In this document: in pieces, positions 8,102 through 15,779 of the stretch
Numbering within the stretch: the first letter of the stretch is position 1
Layout: each line of letters starts with the position of its first letter
Origin: Candidatus Velthaea sp.
GTDB lineage: Bacteria > Vulcanimicrobiota > Vulcanimicrobiia > Vulcanimicrobiales > Vulcanimicrobiaceae
DNA: 21,811 nucleotides
Reading direction: 5' to 3'
Assembly: GCA_050012475.1 (NCBI GenBank)
Contig: JBEKHC010000084.1
Location: 1-21,811, forward strand
The notes under the pieces: generated by a model
Seen by the model: only the letters and a program-made list of their open reading frames with translations
Databases searched by the model: none
What the model was told of the DNA's origin: nothing
Program-made: the position numbers and the translations under genes

Positions 8102-8289
8102 GGTGTGTCTCGGGAGTTCCAGGCAAAGATCGCGGAGGATTTTCGTTCGGATCGAGGAGAGATGAGGTGGGTGCCCTCGGCTTCGCTCGGTGCACCCGGC
8201 GAAGCTGTCGCTTCGTGACCGAAGAACGACGATGAGCCGGACGAAAAGACGAGCGAGATTTTGTATGCGAACTTCTGAGACAGCACTCT
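8100..8289. mobile_element. MITE-like non-autonomous element (~190 bp) with imperfect terminal inverted repeats
   Basis: Left end AGGGTGTGTCTCGGGAGTTC (8100-8119) versus reverse complement of the right end (8269-8289), AGAGTGCTGTCTCAGAAGTTC. Nested internal inverted repeats: TTTTCGTTCGG/CCGGACGAAAA, GGGTGC/GCACCC, CGAAGC/GCTTCG. No transposase. Confidence 0.6.
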
Positions 8290-8290
8290 G

Positions 8291-9181
8291 ATGAGCGCAG
8301 CCGGACCGATCGGGATCCTGGGCGCCAGCGGACAACTCGGCGCGGCGCTGGTCGAAGCCTACGGCAGCCGCCCGCTCCTAACGCCGTCGCACGGCGAGCT
8401 CGACATCGAAGACACGGCCGCGGTCGCCGCGTTCCTGGCCGCAAACCCGTTGCAAGCGCTCATCAACTGCACGGCATTTCACAATGTCGATGAATGCGAG
8501 CGCGTTCCGGAGCGGGCGTTCGCGGTGAACGCGCTGGCGGTCGACCGGATCGCCAAACGGTGTGCCGCGGCGAACATCGCGTTCGCCACGATCAGCACGG
8601 ACTACGTCTTCGACGGGACGCTCGGGCGCGCGTACACCGAGGCCGACGCGCCCAATCCGCGCTCCGCGTACGGCATCTCGAAGCTGGCCGGCGAACTGCT
8701 GGTGCGGCGGCACGGTCCGGCGCATTTCATCTTCCGGCTCAGCGGCGTGTACAGCGCCTCGGGCACCTCCAACAAAGGATATACGTTCATCGAACGCGTT
8801 CTCCAGCAAGCCGAACGCGGCGAGCCGCTGCGCATCGTCCGCAACATGACCTTTTCGCCCACGTTCGCACCGCATGCCGCCGCCGTCATCCGCGACGCGA
8901 TCGACGCGCGGGCGTATGGAACGCATCATCTCACGAACGCCGGCGCCACCACGTGGTACGATTTCGCCGCCGCCGCGTTCGCGCGGGCCGGCCTCACGCC
9001 GGAAATCGAAGCCGTCACGTACGACAACTTCGGTTCGAGCGTGAACCGGCCGCTGTACTCGGCGCTCGTGTCGACGACGCTGATGGCGTACGGTATCGCA
9101 CCGCCGCCGCCATGGGAAAGCGGGCTCGACGAGTATTTGCGCGGCCGCGCCGCGCGGCGCGCGACGGCGGCACGCGGCTAG
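8291..9181 (+). CDS. rfbD: dTDP-4-dehydrorhamnose reductase-like SDR (RmlD/RfbD family), 296 aa
   Basis: LGASGQLG, NVDECE...AFAVN, ISTDYVFDG, YTEADAPNPRSAYGISKLAGE, SPT, TWYDFA, RPLYSAL. Confidence 0.8.
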   Translation: MSAAGPIGILGASGQLGAALVEAYGSRPLLTPSHGELDIEDTAAVAAFLAANPLQALINCTAFHNVDECERVPERAFAVNALAVDRIAKRCAAANIAFATISTDYVFDGTLGRAYTEADAPNPRSAYGISKLAGELLVRRHGPAHFIFRLSGVYSASGTSNKGYTFIERVLQQAERGEPLRIVRNMTFSPTFAPHAAAVIRDAIDARAYGTHHLTNAGATTWYDFAAAAFARAGLTPEIEAVTYDNFGSSVNRPLYSALVSTTLMAYGIAPPPPWESGLDEYLRGRAARRATAARG

Positions 9182-10108
9182 ATGGAAGAATCGGGTTTCG
9201 AATCGCGCGGCTTGCGCCGTCGCGACGTGCTCAAATTGCTCGGTGGTTCGCTGGCGGCGGTCCTGGCCGGCTGCAACGACGGCGCACCGAGCGTGCGGCC
9301 CGCGGCGGGTTCGCCCGCGACCCCGACGGTTTTCGGCTCGCAACTTTACCCGGGCGACGACGCCGCGCGTTCGGTCGGACTGCTCGCCGCGCTGGGCGCG
9401 AGATACGTTCGCATCAGCGTGCAGGTGCCGGCGGCGTTTCTCGACGCCGTGGTGGGTGCGGCGAGCGCGCACGGCCTGCGCACGATTCTGCTTTCCGCGT
9501 ATGCCGCCCAGCCGGTCGATCTCGCGGACTACGCGGCGGCGACGGCGCAAGTGCACGCGCGCTATGCCTCGGCGAATCCGATCTGGGAGATCTGGAACGA
9601 ACCGAATCTGCCGCAATACTGGAACGGGCCGCCCGATGTCGACGCCTATGTCACGCTCTTGGCGGCAACGACGACGGCGCTGCGCGCGGCCGGCGCGACC
9701 GATATTTGGACCGGCGGGACGAGCGGTGTCGATCTGAACTGGATCTACAACCTCGTCGCGCGCGGGGCGTTTCGCTCGGCCAACGGCTGTGCGGTCCACA
9801 GCTACAAGCCGCCCGGTTACGCGCGCACGGAATACATCCAGGCCGTCTCGTTTTTGCCCGGCGGCGTCGGGTTGCACACGACGGAAACGTGCATCGCGAG
9901 TTCGGTCGGCGATCAGTCGCAGTTCTTTACGCAGATGTGGTATCTGCATCGGGAACTCGAACTGCCGACGCTGGTCTGGTGTGAATTCCGGGACGGCGAC
10001 GCCGGCCCAGCCCCGCCGTTCAACGAACCGTACGGCTTGGTCAACCCGAACTATTCGATCAAGAGCGTGTATGCCGCGGTGCAGCTTGCGCTCAAATCGA
10101 ATGCATAA
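9182..10108 (+). CDS. Tat-exported lipoprotein, clan GH-A-like glycoside hydrolase (308 aa)
   Basis: Twin-arginine motif RRRDVLK, lipobox LAGC, WEIWNEPN (acid/base), AVHSY, HTTE (candidate nucleophile) and YGL near the C-terminus. Confidence 0.75.
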   Translation: MEESGFESRGLRRRDVLKLLGGSLAAVLAGCNDGAPSVRPAAGSPATPTVFGSQLYPGDDAARSVGLLAALGARYVRISVQVPAAFLDAVVGAASAHGLRTILLSAYAAQPVDLADYAAATAQVHARYASANPIWEIWNEPNLPQYWNGPPDVDAYVTLLAATTTALRAAGATDIWTGGTSGVDLNWIYNLVARGAFRSANGCAVHSYKPPGYARTEYIQAVSFLPGGVGLHTTETCIASSVGDQSQFFTQMWYLHRELELPTLVWCEFRDGDAGPAPPFNEPYGLVNPNYSIKSVYAAVQLALKSNA

Positions 10109-10223
10109 GCAGACGCGGAACCGCCCCACCCGCTAAGCGACCGGAGCGCACGGCGCGTACAGCGACACCGATTCATTCGCCATCTAGCGAATCCGTTGCC
10201 GGCTGCGCCAAACGAAACAACGG

Positions 10224-10261
10224 CGGAAGTTCGCTGCGCGGTCCGGAATTTTTCAACTATC
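10224..10261 (+). promoter_or_regulatory. Candidate alternative-sigma promoter GGA-N18-GAATTTTTC directly before kamD
   Basis: CGGA (10224-10227), 18 nt, then GAATTTTTC (10246-10254). No SD. A near-identical arrangement precedes the thiolase. Confidence 0.4.
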
Positions 10262-11803
10262 ATGCAACTGCGGATCGACACCGGAGCCGTGCACAAAGCG
10301 CGCCGGCTCGCCGAGGCGATCGTCGACCCGATCGCCGCGTTCATCGGCCGTCACACGACGGTTGCGGTCGAACGTTCCGTCGTGCGCTTACTCGGTATCG
10401 ACGGTGTCGACGCCGACGGCGTTCCGCTGCCGAATCGGGTGGTCGATGCGCTGGCCGATCCGGCCGCCGGCGCGGCGCGCGTCATCGGCGCGGCGATCGC
10501 CGAGACTGGCCGCAGCCCGCAGGGCATCGCCGAGGACCTCGCCGCCGGCAGGCCGCTGCCGGATGCGAACGCGACGCCGCCGGCCGCCGGGCGCGCCGCG
10601 CTTGCGCCGTACGTCGCGCGCGCCTTGGCTCAGATCGACGCGCGCCGGGCGGAGCGCGACGAACGCTTGCGCCGTCTGCCGCAAGGTCCGCCGCCGCTGT
10701 TGTACGTCATCGTCGCGAGCGGCGACATCTTTGAAGACCGGACTGCCGCCGTCGCCGCCGCCGAAGCCGGCGCGCAGATCATCGCCGTCATTCGCTCGAC
10801 GGCCCAATCGCTGCTCGACTACGTGCCGCACGGGATCACCACCGAAGGCTTCGGTGGAACCTACGCCACGCAAGAAAACTTTCGGCTCATGCGGGCGGCG
10901 CTCGACGAGATCTCGGAGCGCTTGGGGCGCTACGTGATGCTCACCAATTACGCCAGCGGCTTGTGCATGCCTGAGATTGCGACGATGGCGGCGCTGGAGC
11001 GGCTCGACATGCTGCTCAACGATTCGATGTACGGCATTCTCTTTCGCGACATCAACATGAAACGCACGTTCATCGATCAGCATTTCTCGCGGCTGATCAC
11101 CGCGCGCGCCGGCATCATCATCAACACCGGCGAGGACAACTACCTCACCACCGCCGACGCGGTCGAACAAGCGCCGGCGGTGCTGGCCTCGCAGTTCATC
11201 AACGAAGCGTTTGCCCATCGCGCCGGGTTGCCCGATGCGCAAATCGGTTTGGGCGACGCCTACGAGATCGATCCCGATCTGCAAGACGGTCTCCTGTTTC
11301 AAATCGCCCAAGCGCAGCTGGCTCGGCAATGCTTCCCCAACGCGCCGCTCAAGTACATGCCGCCGACCAAACACATGACCGGGGACATTTTCAAAGGTCA
11401 CCTCATCGACGCGATGTTCAACCTCACCTCGGTGATGACCGACCAGTCGATCCACCTTTGCGGCATGCTGACCGAAGCGATCCATACACCCTTCGTCGGC
11501 GACCGGGCCTTGTCGCTCGCCAACGCCAAGTACGTGATGGGCACGGCGCGCCACTTCGGCGACGAAATCGAGTTCAAGCGCGGCGGCACCGTCGAAACGC
11601 GTGCGGGCGTCGTGCTGAACGAAGCAGTCGAGCTATTGCACCGCATCGCCGCGCGCGGCTTGATGGAAGCGATCGCCGCCAAAGCGTTTGCCGACGTCGC
11701 CCGTCCGTGCGACGGCGGGCGCGGATTCGAGGGCGTCATCCCCAAGGACGCGGCGTACTGGAATCCGTTCGAGGACGCGCTGCGTCCGCTGGCCACGGCA
11801 TGA
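10262..11803 (+). CDS. kamD: D-lysine/beta-lysine 5,6-aminomutase alpha subunit (513 aa)
   Basis: HTTVAVER, LYVIVASGDIFED, IAVIRSTAQSLLDYVP, EGFGGTYATQENFRLMR, NYASGLCMPEIA, GIIINTGEDNYLTTADA, PLKYMPPTKHMTG. Confidence 0.93.
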   Translation: MQLRIDTGAVHKARRLAEAIVDPIAAFIGRHTTVAVERSVVRLLGIDGVDADGVPLPNRVVDALADPAAGAARVIGAAIAETGRSPQGIAEDLAAGRPLPDANATPPAAGRAALAPYVARALAQIDARRAERDERLRRLPQGPPPLLYVIVASGDIFEDRTAAVAAAEAGAQIIAVIRSTAQSLLDYVPHGITTEGFGGTYATQENFRLMRAALDEISERLGRYVMLTNYASGLCMPEIATMAALERLDMLLNDSMYGILFRDINMKRTFIDQHFSRLITARAGIIINTGEDNYLTTADAVEQAPAVLASQFINEAFAHRAGLPDAQIGLGDAYEIDPDLQDGLLFQIAQAQLARQCFPNAPLKYMPPTKHMTGDIFKGHLIDAMFNLTSVMTDQSIHLCGMLTEAIHTPFVGDRALSLANAKYVMGTARHFGDEIEFKRGGTVETRAGVVLNEAVELLHRIAARGLMEAIAAKAFADVARPCDGGRGFEGVIPKDAAYWNPFEDALRPLATA

Positions 11804-12534
11804 AACTGGTACGACCGTACGGTGACACGCTCGACGACGGCGCCGTGCAGCTCTCGTTCACGCTGCCGATCGAATGGAGCGAAGCGGCCGACGAGTCGGC
11901 TCGCCAACTCGTGGTCAAAATGGGCTTTACCGACGTCACCATCGCGGAAGGGCGGAAGATCGCTTCGGGTTTTTCCTTCTTTGTCGTCTTCGCGCGCACG
12001 CCGGTCGCCATCGACGTCTCGACGATCGCGGCGACGCGGACGGCGCGCGAGAAGCTCGACATGCCGGCGGTCGACGAACTCATCCGCAGCCGGATCGGGC
12101 GCAAGATTCGCATCGCCGGCGCGTGCATCGGTACCGACGCGCACACGGTGGGCATCGACGCGATCCTCAACATGAAAGGATATAAAGGCGACTACGGCCT
12201 CGAGCGGTATCATGAATTCGAGGTCTTCAATCTCGGCGCGCAGATCGCGGTCGAGGAACTCGTGCGCTTCGCCAAAGCGCGCAGCATCGACGCGTTGCTC
12301 GTTTCGCAGGTCGTGACGCAGAAGGGCAGTGATATCGCGAACTTCACCGCGCTCTCCGAATTGCTCGAGGCCGAAGGCTTGCGCGACGACATCGTCCTCG
12401 TTGCGGGCGGCCCTCGCGTCACCAATTTGCTCGCGGCCGAGCTCGGCTACGATGCCGGCTTCGGCCGCGGCACGCTGCCCAGCGAGGTCGCCGCGTTCAT
12501 CGCCCGGCGGATGGCGGATCGCGTTTTGGCTTGA
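11800..12534 (+). CDS. kamE: Lysine 5,6-aminomutase beta subunit (cobalamin/PLP-binding), 244 aa
   Basis: ATGA overlap with kamD. RPYGDTLDDGAVQLSFTLP dimerisation domain, GTDAHTVGIDAILNMKGY (DxHxxG B12 motif plus PLP Lys), LGYDAGFGRG. Confidence 0.93.
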   Translation: MKLVRPYGDTLDDGAVQLSFTLPIEWSEAADESARQLVVKMGFTDVTIAEGRKIASGFSFFVVFARTPVAIDVSTIAATRTAREKLDMPAVDELIRSRIGRKIRIAGACIGTDAHTVGIDAILNMKGYKGDYGLERYHEFEVFNLGAQIAVEELVRFAKARSIDALLVSQVVTQKGSDIANFTALSELLEAEGLRDDIVLVAGGPRVTNLLAAELGYDAGFGRGTLPSEVAAFIARRMADRVLA

Positions 12535-14054
12535 ACGGCGCGCGAGCTTTTGTCGTCGCCGCGGCGGTCGCGTGCGTCGTTGCCGCGCCGGGCCGGGCCT
12601 TGGGCGTCGACCGGCGCCTGGGGGCGGGCAACGCGAAACCGGCGCTCACGGGTCTGCCCTGGGATGCCGCCGCTACGGCGAGCCTGGCCGCCGATATCGA
12701 CGGGCTGCTCGACGGCGCGCCGGTGCTGCGCGGCGCGCACGTCGGTTTGCTGGCCGTCGATACGCGCAGCGGCGCGGTCGTCTACGCGCGCAACGCCGAC
12801 GACGCGTTCGTGCCCGCCTCGACGCTCAAGCTCTTGACCGGAAGCGTCGCGCTCGCGAATTTGGGTCTGGGGTATCGCTTTCAGACGCAGGCGCTCGTCG
12901 ACCCGGCGAGCGCGACCCTGACCGTGCGCGCCGAGGGCGATCCGCTGCTGAGCGTCGCCGACTTGAACGCGCTGGCGCGCAGCGCGCGCAGCGCAGGGAT
13001 CGCGGCCCTGCCGCTGGGCGTGCAGGTCGACGCCGGCGCTTTCGATGCCGTGCCGTATCCGCCGGGCTGGGTGTGGGACGACGTCCCGTACGACTACGCG
13101 GCCGTCGTGTCCGCGGCGGTCATCGAGGAAAACGTCGTGCACCTCAGCGTGGCGCCCGGTCCGGCCCGCGGCGCAGCCGTTCTGGTCAGCGGAGCGCCGC
13201 CGCCGTTCGAGCATTTCCCGCCGCCGCCCGACGGGTGTCCGGCGACGCCGGCGCTCGCCGTCCGTGTGAAGGCTTCAACCGCCGACACCGGCAGCGCCGA
13301 CGCGCTGGATCTCGCGCGCACGGGCGGCTGCGTCGACGTCATCGGCGAACTGCCGCTCGGCAGCGCGCCAGAGACGCTCGATGCCGCGGTGCCGGATCCC
13401 ATCTGGTACCTGCGCGAGCTGACGCAGTATGCGCTCGCGCGAGCCGGCATCGCAGTTCCGTCCGGCGGCACCGGCGGCGGCTCGGGCATCGCGCCGGCGG
13501 CGGCCCGCACCGTCTGGAGCCATGCCGGCGAACCGCTGACGGACCTGCTGGCCGACATGTGGTGGCCCAGCGACAATCTCATCGCGGAGGTGCTGCTCAA
13601 AGCCGTCGGCCGCAAGCAAAGCGGCGGCCCCGGCACGACGGCGAGCGGGATCGCCGCCGAGCGCGCTTGGCTCACCGCGATCGGGGCCGATCCCGCCAAG
13701 CTGACATTGGCCGACGGCAGCGGCTTGTCGACGTACGACCGGATCACGCCGCGGGTCCTCGCCGCGATTCTGCAAGCCGGCTGGAATGGACCGTTCCGCG
13801 ACGTCATCCTCGACGATTTGCCGCTCGCGGGCGTGCGCGGAACCTTGCGTGAGAGTTTGCGCAGTTCGCTCGCGGCGGGGCGGACCTTCGCCAAGAGTGG
13901 AAGCATGAACCACGTGCGTGCGCTCGCGGGCTATCTCGCGACCCTCCACCACGGCGCGCTGACGTTTGCCTGGACGGTCGATGATTGGATGGGGACCGAC
14001 GACGATCTCGATGCCCTGCGCGCGCGGGTGCTCTCGCGTTTTATCGGGGATTAG
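12531..14054 (+). CDS. dacB: D-alanyl-D-alanine carboxypeptidase/endopeptidase, peptidase S13 (PBP4/DacB), 507 aa
   Basis: TTG start overlaps the kamE stop (TTGA). Signal peptide, PASTLK (SxxK), GDP, GWVWDD, SDN, DGSGLS and KSG in place of KTG. Confidence 0.9.
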   Translation: MNGARAFVVAAAVACVVAAPGRALGVDRRLGAGNAKPALTGLPWDAAATASLAADIDGLLDGAPVLRGAHVGLLAVDTRSGAVVYARNADDAFVPASTLKLLTGSVALANLGLGYRFQTQALVDPASATLTVRAEGDPLLSVADLNALARSARSAGIAALPLGVQVDAGAFDAVPYPPGWVWDDVPYDYAAVVSAAVIEENVVHLSVAPGPARGAAVLVSGAPPPFEHFPPPPDGCPATPALAVRVKASTADTGSADALDLARTGGCVDVIGELPLGSAPETLDAAVPDPIWYLRELTQYALARAGIAVPSGGTGGGSGIAPAAARTVWSHAGEPLTDLLADMWWPSDNLIAEVLLKAVGRKQSGGPGTTASGIAAERAWLTAIGADPAKLTLADGSGLSTYDRITPRVLAAILQAGWNGPFRDVILDDLPLAGVRGTLRESLRSSLAAGRTFAKSGSMNHVRALAGYLATLHHGALTFAWTVDDWMGTDDDLDALRARVLSRFIGD

Positions 14055-14056
14055 CA

Positions 14057-14087
14057 GGATTCGCGGCGCTGAACGCGCCGCGAATCC
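14057..14087. terminator. Perfect 13-bp-stem hairpin just after the dacB stop
   Basis: GGATTCGCGGCGC-TGAAC-GCGCCGCGAATCC. No clear U-tract, so it could be a terminator or an mRNA-stabilising or REP-like hairpin. Confidence 0.55.
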
Positions 14088-14089
14088 AT

Positions 14090-14232
14090 GGCGTTTGGCG
14101 CTTCGCGCCAAGCCGCTTGGCGTTTCGCGTTCAGCCGATCCGCGTGGCGTTCGGCTTGAGGCCCAGCTGCTTGGCGTTCAGCCTGCGGGCGAGCTGCATG
14201 GCGTTCGGCCTGCGGGCACTGCGCCCGTTCGG
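14090..14232. repeat. Degenerate ~27-bp tandem repeat
   Basis: GGCGTT recurs at 14090, 14119, 14146, 14173 and 14200. Example units: GGCGTTCAGCCTGCGGGCGAGCTGCAT and GGCGTTCGGCCTGCGGGCACTGCG. Confidence 0.7.
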
Positions 14233-15771
14233 TTTGCGATTGTGTTGGCGATGGGCGTGCTGCTTGCGGCTTGCGGACATCGGGCGGCGGTGCCGAAGCG
14301 GCCGGTGGCGACGATTCCCGTCAGCGCCGTGGTGGATCTCGTGCCGTTGGGCCTCTCGCCTGACGGGGAAGACCGGCTGCTGGTCCGGATGCGCTATGCG
14401 GACGCGGACGGCCGGCGCGCGCACATTCCTCCCGGCGGGCACGTCGACGTGAGCGCAGACCGCGGCGAGGTGCAATGGCAGCCGCGCGCCCGTTACGGGG
14501 ATCCGGCGGCGATCGTCCGGCTCACCGAAGCCGGCCCGCTCAAACTGCGCGTGACCAGCGACGTGCCGCGCGTCCCGCGGCTGCTCACCGCAGCGACGAA
14601 TACGCTGGCGTGGCGTTTGCCGCCCGTAACCGCGCGGGCTCTGGGTCCGCACGCGGTGGTCGTCGGCTGGTTTCCGCGCGTTCACGACGGGAGCGTGAGC
14701 GTGACCCGCCGCGCCGCAAACGGGGAGCGCGTCACGTTCGACATCACTGCTCCGGCGTCGTCATTTCGCGATTCGACCGTTGAGCCGGGCGCCCAATACA
14801 CCTACGACGTGCGCCGCCCGGCGGCCGGCCGCATCGAGGTCGGCGTCGGCGTGCCGCGGGAATTGCCCGTGTCGACCATCGACGCGCTGCGCGGGAAAGC
14901 GATGTGGCTGTCGTTCGATGAGGTTGGGGGCTGGAACGTCGAGGCGATGCTCGATCGTGCGCAACGCGCCGGTTTACGCGCGATCGAGCTGCGCTTTTGT
15001 TACGGTGAATACTCGTACGTCACGCCCGCCCGGCGCGCGGCGATCGACCGCTTCATCGACGCGGCGGCGCGCCGCGGCATCGCGATCGTCGCTTGGACCG
15101 TGCCCCGCAACGCTTCGTTCGAAGACCTGGCCGCCAACGTCGCCTCGGCCGCCTATCGCACCGCAGCGGGCAATGGGATACAAGGCTTAGCCGTCGATCT
15201 CGAGCGGGGCGTCGATTTTCTGGGCGGCGCCGAGGATCCGCGAACGGCCCTCGCAACGTACGTGCAAAAATTACGCGAGGCGGTCGGTCCGCGCGTGCTC
15301 ATCGCCGCGACCGTCGAAGATCCGGTGATCGAGCCGGCAGCGGCGCAAGAGGTGCCATACGCGAGGATTGCCGAGGACGCCGATGTGCTGCAGCCGATGA
15401 CGTACTGGCGCGTGCGGCACGCCGGAGCGTCGCTCGCGGGGATGCGCGCCGAGCTCTCCGCTTCCTACGCGCGGCTGCAGCAGCTCGCCGGCGACCGCAT
15501 CCCGATCGATATCGGCGGTCAAACGGCCAATCTGGATAGCCATTTCGGCGCGCCGCCGCCCGAAGAAGTTGCCGGGAGCATCGTCTTGGCGCAGCAGCTC
15601 GGGGCGCTGGGCGAAACGTTTTTCGATTGGGACGCGACCTCGGGCGCGCAGTGGACCGCCATCGGCGCGACCCCGTGGAGCGCGACGGCCGTCCTTCTAG
15701 GCCCGCGGGTCGCTCAGGGCGTACCCCTGTGTGTGGGTTGCGCGCCGCTCGCTGGGCGCGTGCTGAAATAG
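14095..15771 (+). CDS. Putative lipoprotein with Ig/FN3-like domains and a C-terminal TIM-barrel glycoside-hydrolase-like domain; start codon uncertain
   Basis: RFAIVLAMGVLLAAC lipobox (Cys at 14272). SSFRDSTVEPGAQYTYDV is FN3-like. GKAMW...GIAIVAW...GLAVDLE...DVLQPMTYW resembles GH18/GH25-type barrels. TTG 14095 is chosen tentatively; GTG 14242 and ATG 14251 are alternatives. Confidence 0.65.
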   Translation: MALRAKPLGVSRSADPRGVRLEAQLLGVQPAGELHGVRPAGTAPVRFAIVLAMGVLLAACGHRAAVPKRPVATIPVSAVVDLVPLGLSPDGEDRLLVRMRYADADGRRAHIPPGGHVDVSADRGEVQWQPRARYGDPAAIVRLTEAGPLKLRVTSDVPRVPRLLTAATNTLAWRLPPVTARALGPHAVVVGWFPRVHDGSVSVTRRAANGERVTFDITAPASSFRDSTVEPGAQYTYDVRRPAAGRIEVGVGVPRELPVSTIDALRGKAMWLSFDEVGGWNVEAMLDRAQRAGLRAIELRFCYGEYSYVTPARRAAIDRFIDAAARRGIAIVAWTVPRNASFEDLAANVASAAYRTAAGNGIQGLAVDLERGVDFLGGAEDPRTALATYVQKLREAVGPRVLIAATVEDPVIEPAAAQEVPYARIAEDADVLQPMTYWRVRHAGASLAGMRAELSASYARLQQLAGDRIPIDIGGQTANLDSHFGAPPPEEVAGSIVLAQQLGALGETFFDWDATSGAQWTAIGATPWSATAVLLGPRVAQGVPLCVGCAPLAGRVLK

Positions 15772-15779
15772 GGGCTGAC

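Noticed and set aside
10109..10261. Cobalamin or lysine riboswitch upstream of kamD
   Set aside because: Only short stems (ATTCGC/GCGAAT, CCGTTG/CAACGG) are present. No B12-box or lysine-riboswitch conserved motifs are recognisable.
14090..14232. Periodic GGCGTT units as a possible CRISPR array
   Set aside because: The period is only 27 nt, the units are degenerate copies of each other with no unique spacers, and there are no cas genes.
15627..15779. N-terminal extensions in the ORF track for gmd (also uxs, kamE, rmd and the 4893 membrane protein)
   Set aside because: Family homology begins at later starts supported by an SD, stop/start overlaps or the start of the Rossmann motif. The extensions overlap neighbouring genes or lie in intergenic DNA.
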